From Octopus sinensis (Eukaryota), in NCBI RefSeq assembly GCF_006345805.1, contig NC_043014.1, positions 46,810,001 through 46,874,000 on the forward strand: a stretch of DNA of 64,000 nt. The letters are read 5' to 3'. Below the pieces are notes generated by a model. The model did not search any database. It was not told where the DNA came from and saw nothing but the letters and a program-made list of their open reading frames with translations. The translations under genes and the position numbers were made by a program. This document shows positions 26,399 through 41,069 of the stretch, one piece after another. Each line of letters begins with the position of its first letter. The first letter of the stretch is position 1.

Positions 26399-26879
26399 AT
26401 CTCTTGTTTTCTCTCTCCCTTTCTTTCTCTCTCTCCCTCTCTCTCTCACCCCCTCTTTCTTTCCATGTGTGTGTATCTGCCTGTTTAGTGATTCCTCTGT
26501 CATATTCTGTGCAAGTCATATTGCACATATAACAGAAGAATCACTAAAAAAACATCAAAAACGAAGTATTAAACCCCAAAACAGGGCAAAAAAAACAAAA
26601 ACCTGATGAAATACACTCATCTAGGCTTACGTTTCAAAAGGACAATACTGCACGTACTGCACACCTGAGGAAGACGGGGTTGCACCTGGTGGTGCAGCAG
26701 AAACTTGCATGAATTATCAGAAACGTAACAATGCAATATGGTAATAAAATACTTAGGAGTGGGAGGGAGGGGGGTTCAAACGGGAGAGATCATGTGGGAA
26801 GGGGAGGCAGTAAGACAGAGGCACAACATGGAAAGTGAAAGTAATTCGCAAACGCATGTGTAAGTATGTGTGTGGGGGG

Positions 26880-27560
26880 AGGAGTGTTTATGTGTGTGTG
26901 GTTGTGTGTGTTTTTATGTGTGTGTGATTGTGTGTTTTTGTGTGTAGTTGTGTGTTTTTATGTGTGTGTGTGTGCTTGTGTGTTTTTATGTGTGCGTGCA
27001 GTTGCGTGTTTTTATGTGTGTGTGTAGTTGTGTGTTTTTGTGTGTGTGTGTGATTGTGTGTTTTTGTGTGTGTGTGTGGCTGTGTGTTTTTATGTGTGTG
27101 TGTAGTTGTGTGTTTCTATGTGTGTGTATGGTTGTGTGTTTTTGTGTGTGTGGTTGTGAGTTTTTGTGTGTGTGTGGTTGTGTGTTTTTGTGTGTGTGTG
27201 GTTGTGAGTTTTTATGTGTGTGGTTGTGCGTTTTTATGTGTGTGTGTGTGTGGTTGTGTGTTTTTATGTGTGCATGTAGTTGCGTGTTTTTATGTGTGTG
27301 TGGTTGTGTGTTTTTATGTGTGCGTGATTGTGTGTTTCTATTTGTGTGTGGTTGTGTGTTTCTATGTGTGTGTGTGGTTGTGTGTGGTTTGTGTTTTTAT
27401 GTGTGTGTGATTGTGTATTTCTATGTGTGTGTGATTGTGTGTTTCTATGTGTGTGGTTGTGTGTTTCTATGTGTGTGTGCGTTTGTGTGTTTTTAAGTGT
27501 GTGGTTGTGTGTTTTATGTGTGTGTAACTGAATGTGTTTATGTGTGTATAGGTGAATGTG
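26880..27560. repeat. TG-rich minisatellite (gtgtgtggttgtgtgtttttat-like unit)
   Basis: Direct reading. Confidence 0.9.
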
Positions 27561-28746
27561 TTTATGTGTGTGTAGGTGTAAATATATGAAATAAGAAGGA
27601 AGAAAGTAAGAATATTGAGTAAGATAAAAAAAAAATATGATGAGAGAAAGAGAGAAAAGGACAAAAGAGAAAGCTAATATTTAGAAGGTGTAAATTGAGA
27701 ATAAAATAGTTCAGCCATGGATTGAAGAAAGTGTGGCTGGATACCATGTAGTATTTTTAACCATGGATTGAAGAAGGTGTGGCTGGATACCATGTAGCAT
27801 CAACAGAATACATGGGATGCTACATGGCAAGTCAGATTGCATAACAAGCTCAAAATGCTCAAAATCATTAACTCAGATGATCTCAGCCTTTAAGAAACTG
27901 AAGATCATCAAAAGACGGCAAAGCAAAGAGAGAGAGATGATTAGAAACAATTACTAATGAAGAAAGAGAAAGAATGGGAAGAATACGCGCAAGACACGGC
28001 AAGATTAGCAGCGACTAGAGTGGAGAATGGATCTGAAGAAACAAAGAGAAAGAAGAATAGAAGGAAGCGCACTTAGGCAAAGAATGGTAGAAAGATTTCT
28101 TTTTGTTCTTTGGGTTTTTTTTTTTTGAATGAGGCTCAAGAGAAAAGAAATCAAAGAATTGGGGGATCTAAGACAAAGAACTGCCATAAGATTAGAAAAA
28201 AATAAAACGAAAATGCACAAAGACGGCAAATGAAAGAATAAAAACCTCTGAGAGAATATAAAAATGGTAGAGAATGTGATAGAAAAAAATATTAAGAGAT
28301 ATTGAGACAATGGAGGTGTAAGCATGGTATGGCAGGATGTAATATATTTTCTGTAACACTAAACAAACATTCTCGCAGAGAATTTAATACAGCACCTCAC
28401 ATGGAATACGCAGTTTCTTGCTAAGAAATCCAGCTATGGCTTTACTGATGCTATCATAATGGTTATATTTAAATGCATCTTCTATGACATTTCTCTGAAT
28501 ACCTGACAAATGACCCAGCCAGGTAATCTTCATTGTTCTACGTTTTAAAAACATCTCATAACTTGACATTTTCATTTGCTTCAACAGGGATTCATAACAA
28601 ATCCATCTTCATTGTTTCACTTTTAAGAACACCTTAAAACCTTGTGCTTTCATTTGTTTCAACAAGGACTCGAACAGGAAGCTGTCCACATTGTTCCATT
28701 TTTAAGAACAACATCTTACAACTTGGAAATTTCATTTGTTTCACTA

Positions 28747-28911
28747 GGCGTAGGAGGGGCTGTGTGGTAAGTAGCTTGCTTACCAACCACATGGTTCTGG
28801 GTTCAGTCCCACTGCGTGGCACCTTGGGCAAGTGTCTTCTACTATAGCCTAGGGTCGACCAAAGCCTTGTGAGTGGATTTGGTAGACGGAAACCGAAAGA
28901 AGCCCATCGTA

Positions 28912-28962
<51 letters not shown>

Positions 28963-29170
28963 ATATGTTTGTGTGTCTGTGTTTGTCCACACAACATCGC
29001 TTGACAACTGATGGTGATGTGTTTACGTCGCTGTAACTTAGCAGTTCGGCAAAAGAGACCGATAGAATAAGTACTAGGCTTCCAAAGAATAAGTCCTGGG
29101 GTCAATTTGCTAGACTAAAGGTGGTGCTCCAGCATGGCCACAGTCACATGACTGAAACAAAAGAGTAGAG
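28747..29170 (+). mobile_element. SINE-A, full length
   Basis: Complete head, microsatellite and tail. Confidence 0.9.
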
Positions 29171-29364
29171 TAGGGCCTCAACTAGCATGATTATCTTGTG
29201 TTTTAGGGTGTTTTAACAATTTACCATAGCATTTCTAATGTTGCATCCCTCGCAAAGAAATAAAAGACAATTTATTGTCAATTCAATAATGATTGAGAAC
29301 AGACATAATTACCAAGTTAATGCCTTTCGGGAGTATTTAAGTTCAATGTAATATTTTGATTTTA

Positions 29365-29616
29365 TTGTGTCTGGGGAGAGTCATTCTCTTTCAGTGCCTT
29401 ATAATTTAATACACTCACCGGTAAAATTTTCACTTATTTCTTATTTTTATTTCCTAGAATTTTCATTGCGTCTTGCAACCTTTTCAATATTCTTGAAAAG
29501 GTTGCAAAATGCAACAAAAATTTTAGGAAAATAAAAATAAGAAATAAGTATAAATTTTACCAGTGAGTGTGTTAAATAATAAGGCACTAAAAGAGAATGA
29601 CTCTCCCCAGACACAA
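29365..29616. mobile_element. Fold-back MITE (~120-bp arms); a half copy lies at 24358-24482
   Basis: ttgtgtctggggagagtcattctc... versus ...gagaatgactctccccagacacaa. Confidence 0.85.
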
Positions 29617-29982
29617 CAGAATATGCTTCAACACACAAACTCACATAAAGAATCTTGCAAACCAAATCCAAAAACGAAATATTTTAATTTTAATTTTACA
29701 AGAGATCTATCTTTTGCATGTTTTTGTGTTATTATGACTTTTTGGGAGAATCTATGGCACCAGAGATGCATAATTTTGCCTATTAACTGTTTGTTTGCTT
29801 TTCAAAGAATTGTAAATCATAGTTCAACTTCATTCCTTTCATTTTTATTTGTCATTTTTCTAAAGACTGATTTTATTGCCATTTTAAAGAAGTTTTATGT
29901 CAGGTTTCCCTTTTCTATAACTTTTGACTAATTTTTTTTCTTCCTTTGTATTTTCACCAAACATTTGGAAGTTTTCATCTGG

Positions 29983-30277
29983 CATCATCATCGTTTGGCA
30001 TCCACTTTCCATGCTAGCATGGGTTGGATGGTTCAACTGAGGTCTGGGAAGCCAGAAGGTTACACCAGGCCCAGTCTGATCTGGCAATGTTTATACGGCT
30101 GGATGCCCTTCCTAACGCCAACCACTCCGTGAGTGTAGTGGGTGCTTTTTACGTGCCAGACAAGGCTGGCAAACGGCCACGATCGGATGGTGCTTTTTAC
30201 ATGCCACCGGCACGAGGCCAGTCGGGGCGGAGCTGGCAATGGCCACATTCGGATGGTTCTCTTACGTACCACCAGCA
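29983..30277 (-). mobile_element. RTE 3' UTR (family B)
   Basis: Consensus match. Confidence 0.85.
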
Positions 30278-30361
30278 CTAATGATGGTGTAGTACTGCAG
30301 GTTGGTACTATTTGTAGATAAGTTGTTTGCTCACCTGTTTCTGATAAACACCTGAGCTTTC

Positions 30362-30672
30362 TGGTACTCAATCAGTTACGACACTGAGGGTTCCAGATGA
30401 TCTGATCAATGGAACAACCTGCTCATGAAATTAAACATACAAGTGGTTGAGTACTCCACAGACATGCATACCCTTAACATAGTTCTCAGGGAGATTCAAC
30501 CTGACACAGAATGTAACAAGGCCAGCCTTTTGAATTACAGATACTACTCATTTTTGCCAGCTGAGTGGACTGGAGCAATATGAAATAGAGTGTCTTGCTC
30601 AAGAACACAATATGTCGCTAGGAATCAAACTCATGGCCAATTGTGACCCAAATACCCTAACCATGAAACCAT
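30362..30672 (-). mobile_element. SINE-E
   Basis: Reverse-complement match to 7197-7518. Confidence 0.75.
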
Positions 30673-30820
30673 CCCCAAAGTTTTGGTTGGTGGTGCTCTG
30701 AAAACTGGGTTTTTTCCTTTGGTTGATGCCATTGTTTTTATTTTTTTTTTGTTTCATTTATTTGACTTATTTATTTAATCATTTATTCATTTATTTATTG
30801 CTTAATATCTCCATTTCTTA

Positions 30821-31007
30821 AGGCAGCGAGCTGGCAGAATCATCAGCATGCCAGGCAAAACGTTCTGAGTTCAAATTCCACCGAGGTCAACTTTGCTTTT
30901 CATCCCTTTCAAGATCGATAAAATAAGTACCAGTCGAGCACTGGGGTCAATGTAATCAACTTGCTCCCTCCCCTGAAATTGCTGGCCTTGTGCCAAAATT
31001 TGAAACT
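30821..31007 (+). mobile_element. SINE-C (internally shortened head)
   Basis: aaggcagcgagctggcagaa...gttctgagttcaaattcc...ggccttgtgcc. Confidence 0.75.
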
Positions 31008-31575
31008 AATATATCCAGTTCTTCTTGTTCTTCATCCCTAAGATGTGTTTTTCTCTGACGAACATAACAACAAGGCTTTCTCTCTTGTTATTAACCCTTT
31101 GTCCCACCTCTTCAACTAGACAGTTCTAGTATGGTTCTAGTATGGTTGTGTAACTTTCAGGGGTCATTAGGTCTTGTGAATCTATTTCGATGCGTCTTGA
31201 TCACAGGCCATGTTTTGTTAACCCTACTTTGACCACAGGTCACTTTTCATTAACTCTGCTTTGACCGCTTTTCCAAACTGGGACACAAAAGTCAAGACCA
31301 GGCAAGGGTCTATGTTCTGTATGATGTCTTTTATTGTCACAACTCTTGTGTTTCTTTGATTCCTGCTAGGATACCAATGCATAGACAGACAATAGTATGG
31401 CTGGAAATTTCAACTTTGGCATAAATTCCTAATTTAGTTTCCTAATTTAGTCAACTGGGCCAGAACTGAATGAAGGCTCCTCACTCTGCTTACTGCTTTG
31501 CCATTTGTTCTCATTAATCCAAAACACTAACATTTAATAAGTTGATATATTTGAAAAACAAATAGCTTTGACAAT

Positions 31576-31985
31576 ATCTCTTCTTCTTCTTCTTCTTCTT
31601 CTTCTTCTTCTCCTTCTTCTTCTCCTCCTCCTCCTCCTCCTTCTTCTTCTTCTCCTCCTTCTTCTTCTTCTTCTTCTTCTCCTTCTTCTTCTCCTCCTCC
31701 TCCTCCTCCTTCTTCTTCTTCTCCTCCTTCTTCTTCTTCTTCTTCTTCTCCTTCTTCTTCTCCTCCTCCTCCTCCTCCTCTTCTTCTTCCCTCCTTCTTC
31801 TTCTCTTCTTCTTCTCCTTCTTCTTCTCCTCCTCCTCCTCCTCCTCCTTCTTCTTCTCCTCCTCCTCCTCCTCCTTCTTCTTCTTCTTCTTCTCCTTCTT
31901 CTTCTCCTCCTCCTTCCTCCTCCTTCCTCTTCTTCTTCTTCTTCTTCTTCTTCTTCTTCTTCATCGTCTTCTTCTTCATCTTCTA
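31576..31985. repeat. (CTT/CCT)n polypyrimidine tract
   Basis: About 410 bp, almost free of purines on the + strand. Confidence 0.95.
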
Positions 31986-32459
31986 CTTCTCACTCTCTCT
32001 GCATATATATATATATATTTATATGAGTGTGTATGTGCATGTACGCATGTGTATATATATGCATATTTGTGCAAATATGTGTGTGCATGTATAATATATA
32101 CATACACATATATATTTATATATATATATATATATATACACACACATATATATATATTTCGACGTCAATATCAATATATTAATACAAACGCATCTCCGCC
32201 TGACCACTCAGCCATGCAATAGGTGTGGCATGTATTAAATTAATGACCAAAGCCAAGTCATCTGTCTTGCTCATTCAATAATACATCTTTCCGAAGTGAT
32301 GGTCATTGAAGCATGGTGATGGGTGTTGTCTGTATTTTCTGGTTTCTGTTGACTGAGGAGCTTCACCAAAGTGCACCGACTAGGTTTGGGGACAGAAGAT
32401 TCATTGGTGGTGTTGTTAGTGGTGGTGGTGGTGTGGTGGTGGTGGTGGTGTGGTGGTGG

Positions 32460-32490
<31 letters not shown>

Positions 32491-33790
32491 GGTGTTGGTG
32501 GTGGTGGTGGTGGTGGTGGTGGTGGTGGTGATGGTGGTGCTGTGGTTGTAGTAGTGGTGGTGATGGTGGTGGTGGTGCTGCTGCTGCTGGTGCTGGTGCT
32601 GGTGGTGCTGGTGCTGGTGGTGGTGGTGGTGATGCTGGTGATGTTGGTGATGCTGGTTACAATGGCATTGGGGGGGCGTTGATAGCAGTGGCAGTGGTGG
32701 TGGGGATGATTTAACCCTAGGTCAGCTCTCATTAAGTACACCTGGAGGGAAAAAAACCATTCCAGCGGTGACCAAGTGCTACCTTAAACATGAACACACT
32801 GGGCAATTGCCCAGGGGCCTCACGGGGTTGATGTCAAACTACCTCAGGTGGTGGTGGTCGTCGTCGTCGTCATCGTCATCGTCATTGTACTAGTGCTAGT
32901 GGTGGCAATTACATTGGTGGCAGCAGCAGTGCTAGTGGTGATTTAACCCTAGGTCAGCTCTCATTAAGTGCACCTGGAGAGAAAAGCATTCCAGCAGCGA
33001 AGTGACCAAGTGCTACCTTAAAGCATAAGCACACCGGGCAATTGCCCAGGGGCCACATGGTGCTCTAGGAAGTCCAATCCTGATCTACGTGTATTGTTGC
33101 TAAGGCAACCTCTCCAAAAGATGTTCTTGCATCCACAAAGGGTATCAGATCCAAAATGTCTAGCCTCAGATTTACAACCAATAAATATCCGCCTTGATAG
33201 GACTCTAATCCATAACAAATATTCCCAGGGCATTTGGCACCTCTTTTTTCCCTTAGCCGACTGTGTTAAGCCGTGTAGAATTAAGTGCTTTTTACTAGAG
33301 TTACTATGAACTCCCTAGGGTAAGTCTGGACTATTAATCCTTATGCTGCTGTCTCATCCACTTGGTCAAATGTTCAGTCAATCTTGGCAACTGATACGGA
33401 TAAAGTAATAGATAAAATATTTCAGGCAGAAAATAGTTCAATATTAGAATCCATATTAAAACATTGACCTGATTTAGTGAGAGGGAAAGCAGGAATGATC
33501 ACTCGAGAAAAGGCCTTTCTGTTTGTATGTATATATATATATATATATATACATACACACTCACGTATATCTATGAGTGTATGTGTGCATGGTATATATG
33601 TCTGTGCGTATTGTTATGCGTTTATTAATATATATATATTCTATATATATACACATACAATATATATGTACACACACTCATACATATATATATGTATATA
33701 TGTACATATATGTATAAGTATACATATATAAACTATATATATATGTATATATATATACACACACACATATACATATATATATACACGATA

Positions 33791-33827
<37 letters not shown>

Positions 33828-34659
33828 GTATATGTACACACACAAACATATATATACATATACTACACACACAAACATATATATACATATATTATACACA
33901 CACACGCACGCACACACGCACACATATCTCAGCATTTATGGATATATGTGCATATGTATACGTGGATGGATGTGTATGTATATCCTGTATTGGATGTTTG
34001 TGTAAGAAGTCCACTCTGCAATGAGGGTTTTCCTATAACACGATACTAATGTTGCATTTCTGGATCTGCGCCAAAGCTGTGGGCAGACCAGCATATCTGT
34101 CCCTTTGTACTGATTGGGTGGTAGTGGTAGGTGGTGGAATAGGTTGTTGCGGCTGGGGGATGGTGGTTGATGTTAGTGGTTGGTGGTGGTGGTGGTGCTG
34201 GTGCTGGTGACGGTGGCGGCAGCGGCTGCAATGGCGGTGGCGGTAGCAGTGGTAGTAGTGGTAGTGGTGGCGGCATTGGTGATGGTGGTGGTGGTGGTGG
34301 TGGTAGTGGTGGTGGTTGCGGTGGTAGTAGTGGTTCTCGTGAAGCGGAGTTCTCATACAGAGTTCTTGGAGACAGAAAGCGATTGACAAAAGATGGGGAG
34401 TGTCTAATAGTGGAGGTGGGGAGTCCACGAAGTGTATAGGTAGTTGTAGTGTAGTGTCTGGTGATTAAGGTGTGGTGGTAGTCCTGTCTGGCAAGAAATG
34501 ACGAGGCAGGATGATGTAAAGGAATCACAATGAAATATAGACATTAAGAAAATATATCACATCTATCTCTTATCTCTCACTGTCTCTCTCTCTCTCTTTC
34601 TCTCCATGGGGACATACACATACACACACATATATACATTGATATATATAAAACATAGA

Positions 34660-36530
<1,871 letters not shown>

Positions 36531-36639
36531 TGCATATTCACGCTGCTCGCAGAGGAATGTATTGACCAATATTGGTTAATGCGGTCTTTTATATTTCACT
36601 GCAGTAATTCCGATATTATTGAAGACTGCTATGGAATAA

Positions 36640-37590
36640 TAGTATAGGGAGTACTACATAGTCAGTATTAGTACAGGGAGCACTATGGAACGATAGTACA
36701 GGGAGCACTGTATGGTGTTAGTGCAGGGAATACTATGGAGCTATAGTGCAGGGTGTTCTCCGTAGTCAGTGAAAGTATAAGGAGTTCTATGGAGTGATAG
36801 TACATTGTATATATTGTGTTAGTACAGCAGTACTATGGAGTAATTGTAGAAGGAGCTCTATGGATTGATAGTACAAGAAGTACTACATAGTAGTGTCAGT
36901 GTAGAGGGTACTATATAGTGATAGCACTTGGAGCACTGCACTGTGTTAGTACAGCAGCACTAAGGATTGATAGTGCATGAAGTACAACATAGTAGTATTA
37001 GTACAGGGGAGTACTATGTAGTGTTAGTACAGGGAGTACAATTGAAATGATAATACAGGGAGTAATACGTAGTATTTGTACAGCAGTACTATAGAATAAT
37101 AGTACAGTGAGTACTATGGTGTTATAGCAAGGGAGTACAAGTTTTTCTACTCTAGGCACAAGGCCCGAAATTTTGGGGGTAGGTGGGGCCAGTCGATTAG
37201 ATTGACCCCAGTATGCAACTGGTACTTAATTTATCGACCCCGAAAGGATGAAAGGCAAAGTCGACCTTGGCAGAATTTGAACTCAGAACGTAAAGACAGA
37301 CGAAATACAGGGAGTAGAATGAAATGATACTATAGGGAGTTTTACATAGTTAGGAATAGTACAAGGAGTTCAATGGAGTAATAGTACATAGAGTGCATCA
37401 TAGTGTTAGTACGGGAAGCATTATAGGGTGTTAGTACAGGGAGTACTATATAGTATTAGTGCAGGAAATGCTAAGGAATTACGATACAGGGAGTACTGCA
37501 TAGTCAGTGATAATGCAACGAGTTCTATGTAGTGATGGTACATTGAGTATATAGTGCTAGTACAGCAGTACTATGGAGTAATAGTAATTT
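36640..37590. repeat. Degenerate ~20-25-bp minisatellite (tagtacagggagtactatggag)
   Basis: The cores tagtaca and gtacta recur throughout; interrupted by a SINE-C. Confidence 0.8.
37143..37308 (-). mobile_element. SINE-C inserted in a minisatellite; its 5' end starts at gtatttcgtctg
   Basis: Reverse-complement consensus match. Confidence 0.8.
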
Positions 37591-38711
37591 CACCTAACCC
37601 TCAAACAACAAATGGTTCAAAGGCCAGACATGTTTTCATTGAAGATTGTAAGCTATGACACTACTCACATGGATGGTGGCTTTTTTACTCAGTATACAGT
37701 GTCAATGCAGTCACATGCATGCACAAATGCACACACATGCACATTCACATATGCACACATGAACACACATACACACATGCACGCACACACACGTGGGGGG
37801 AACAAACACAGACACAAAGACACACATAAAATGAGCTTCTTTCAGTTTAAGTTTACCAAACCCATCCACCAGGCTTTGGTCAGCCTAAGACACATGCCTA
37901 AGGTGCCATGTCATGAGACTGAACCCAGAACCATCTGGTTGGGAAGCAAGCTTTTTACCACACAGTCATGTCTACATCTATGTAGAACACAGAAATAAAA
38001 TTTATAGGATAAAGGATAGTAGTTTAATAGTATCACTGTCAAAACAGTAAATTGTAAACAACTAAGTAACAACCTAACTATGCTGTGATAGAACCTTACT
38101 ATAACAGTGTTAGTACAGTAATATGCCTAAACAGAAGGGACCCGAATTTGGCAGAGTTATACCAATTTGTAATTTTCATAGTCATGTTTGCAGAAGAGTA
38201 AATTCATGCCAAATTCCACAAGACACTTAATGATGAAATCTTGCCAAAATTTCATATAATGAGTCATTATAATTTGAATTTTTCAAGTAATTAGTTTCTT
38301 ATTTATTAAATTTTGTGTAAGAGAGAATTTCTAACAATTCTCAGGAATAATTTATGAGTTGTAAACCTCTGAGGGAGTACAAGAGAGGACATGAGGAGCT
38401 AACAAATGAAGGGTTGGGTATTGGACAAAGTTTGGCTTTCTTCATCTTCAATGAGATTAGAACCTTGTTGGTTTTCACAGTATGGCTATATGACAAGATG
38501 CTTGCTTCCTAACCACATGGTTTCAGGTTCGGCCCCACTGTGTGGTACCTTGGCCAAATATCTTCTATTTTAGCCCCAGGTCAACCAAAGTAGATTTGGT
38601 AGAAAGAAACTGAAAGAAGCCCATTATGTGTGTGTGTTTGTGTGTGTGAGTGTGTTGGATTGGGGGGTGAGGTTGGGGGTTGTTTATGCATGTGTGTTTG
38701 TGTGTATAAAG

Positions 38712-38913
38712 GCACCCTTGCCAGTGACACATAAGAGGTGCCCACCACACACTTGGAGTGGTTGCTATTAGGAAGGGCATCCAGCTGTAGAAACCATGCC
38801 AAAATCAGACTGGAACCCGGTGCAGCTCTCTGGCTTACCAATTCCAGTCAAACCATCCTGTCTGATCCATGCCAGCATGGAAAACGGACACTATATGATG
38901 ATGATGATGATGA
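38712..38913 (+). mobile_element. RTE 3' UTR (family B), diverged
   Basis: ttaggaagggcatccagctgtagaaacc...ccagcatggaaaacggacactatatgatgatg. Confidence 0.7.
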
Positions 38914-39013
38914 TTAATTTACTAAAATGCAGCCCAAAACAGCCAAAGCAAGAGGTTAGGCACCATAAATATAAGTGTTGCTAGGTTTCTTGGACACAGT
39001 TTACCATGATTTA

Positions 39014-39050
<37 letters not shown>

Positions 39051-39531
39051 TCCCTCTCGCTTTCTCTCTCTCTCTCTCCCTCTCGCTTTCTCTCTCTCTC
39101 ACTCTCTTTCTCTCTTCCTCTCAGATACATTTAATGTTCTCACTTGAAATAAATTTTATTGTAACATTAATAATGATGTCATATAACAATAGTGCTGTTG
39201 TTAATTACTATTATAAATTAGTATATTAGTTTTGCTTTGGAGGGCATGTACTATAGAAAGAGAATATATAGTGTAGAAAAGTATATTTACAATTGATATT
39301 TTCTGGGAACAAATCCTCCTGTAGCTCTGCAATTTCAAAGACGAAGAGAATTTTAAAAATCCATTACTTGCAAGGCAGATAAGTGTTTGCAACAGGAAAG
39401 GCATTCAGCTATAAAACAATGCCCTAGTACCTTATTCTTCCAACCCATGCAAGCATGCAAAGATGATTATCCACCAGATTTGACCTGGTATGTGATTACT
39501 TACTTCTATATAAGATCTACAAGTCATATTG

Positions 39532-39743
39532 CTTTCAAATTTTTGCACAAGGCCAGAAATTTTAGTGGGCGATTAAGTTAATTACATTGATCCAGTGTTC
39601 AATTTGTATTTATTTTATCAAGCCCAAAAGGATGAACAGCAAAGCCAGCCTTGGCAGAATTTGAACTCAGAACCTAAAGACACAAAATGCTGCTAAGCAT
39701 TTTACCCTTCACACTAACAGTTCTTCTGCCAGCTTCTCACCTT
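39532..39743 (-). mobile_element. SINE-C with a 19-bp TSD inside the RTE remnant
   Basis: agatctacaagtcatattg (39513-39531) and agatctgcaagtcatattg (39744-39762). Confidence 0.85.
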
Positions 39744-39987
39744 AGATCTGCAAGTCATATTGGTAGCGTCTGTTGTGTCTATGGAGGAAAAAGTACTGGG
39801 TTACTACCTTTGTGCTTCTTCATACTCACCTGTTTATCTCTGAAATATTTTATTAACGATGTGTTGAAGTGTTGGGCTTCAACAGAAATTGTCCATCTTC
39901 TCTTGTGTTGATTATTATTCAATGAGTCACAATCATTCACATTGACATTATGCTCTTTCCAAATTTCCTTTGACTACAGTTTTGAAA

Positions 39988-40488
39988 GTGGAGGCACGTG
40001 GCTTAGTGGTTAGGGTGTCAGCATCATGATCGTAAGATTGTGGTTTCAGTTCCTGGACCGGTCGATGGGTTGTGTTCTTGAGCAAAACACTTCATTTCAC
40101 GTTGCTCCAGTCCACTCAGCTGGCAAAAATGAGTAACACTGCAATGGACTGGCATCCCGTCCAGCTGGGGAACACATATGCCATAGAAACTGGGCCTATG
40201 AGCCTGGCTAGGCTTTAAAAGGGCACAGTGAAGGCGCGTGGCTTAGTGGTTAGGGTGTCAGCATCATGATCGTAAGATTGTGGTTTTGATTCCTGGACCG
40301 GGCGACGCGTTGTATTATTGAGCAAAACACTTCATTTCATGTTGCTCCAGTCCACTCAGCTGGCAAAAATGAGTAACGCTGTGATGGACTGGCGCCCTGT
40401 CCAGCTGAGGAACACATACACCATAGAAACCGGGAAACCGGGCCCATGAGCCTTGCCAGGCTTTAAAAGGGCACATTTATTTTATTAT
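39988..40488 (+). mobile_element. SINE-D head-to-tail dimer with one 13-bp TSD
   Basis: Two gtgRaggcRcgtggcttagtggttaggg monomers (~39988 and ~40228); tacagttttgaaa at 39975-39987 and 40489-40501. Confidence 0.9.
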
Positions 40489-40824
40489 TACAGTTTTGAA
40501 ACTCTTTCTTTACACTCAGCAAGAGGTGATTTCCGAGATTTTGGAAACACTCAGCATTTCTATTCCATGTCAATATCCCTGAATAACTAGATCAAATTCC
40601 TGCTTGTTGAAAACTTGGCTTGTGTTCTCCTCATGCGTCAGCAAACATATCAGTAATTTTCTATTATTCTTCCATTGAACTTGCCTTAAACGAGGCATCA
40701 TCTGCATACTAAGGTTCAGTTACTGACATTGTAATGACCTCTGTTCAAGCACTGAGTTTTCACACAGACTAGTTCACTGCCACTTGTGTACAAGATCTGA
40801 TATGCGTGGTTTGTCCAAAGTGAA

Positions 40825-40908
<84 letters not shown>

Positions 40909-40987
40909 ATATGTATATATTTACATTAATAGGAATTCTAACCATCCACCTACAATCATAAAAGCTTGTCAGTAGTATTGTATAATG

Positions 40988-41069
<82 letters not shown>

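Noticed and set aside
26610-26700. Possible minus-strand mini-exon (cag|GTGCAACC...GAAAC|gtaagc)
   Set aside because: Only ~55 nt with no recognisable product; splice-like motifs alone are insufficient.
33070-33310. Unique sequence with open frames on both strands
   Set aside because: No recognisable domain or splice signals.
34033-34528. Pro/His-rich minus-strand ORFs with unique flanks
   Set aside because: The core is a GGT/GTA repeat and the flanks show no recognisable homology.
38129-38400. RDPNLAE and KPLRE peptides resembling the Nav N-terminal exon
   Set aside because: Separated by stops and lacking a coherent frame or splice sites.
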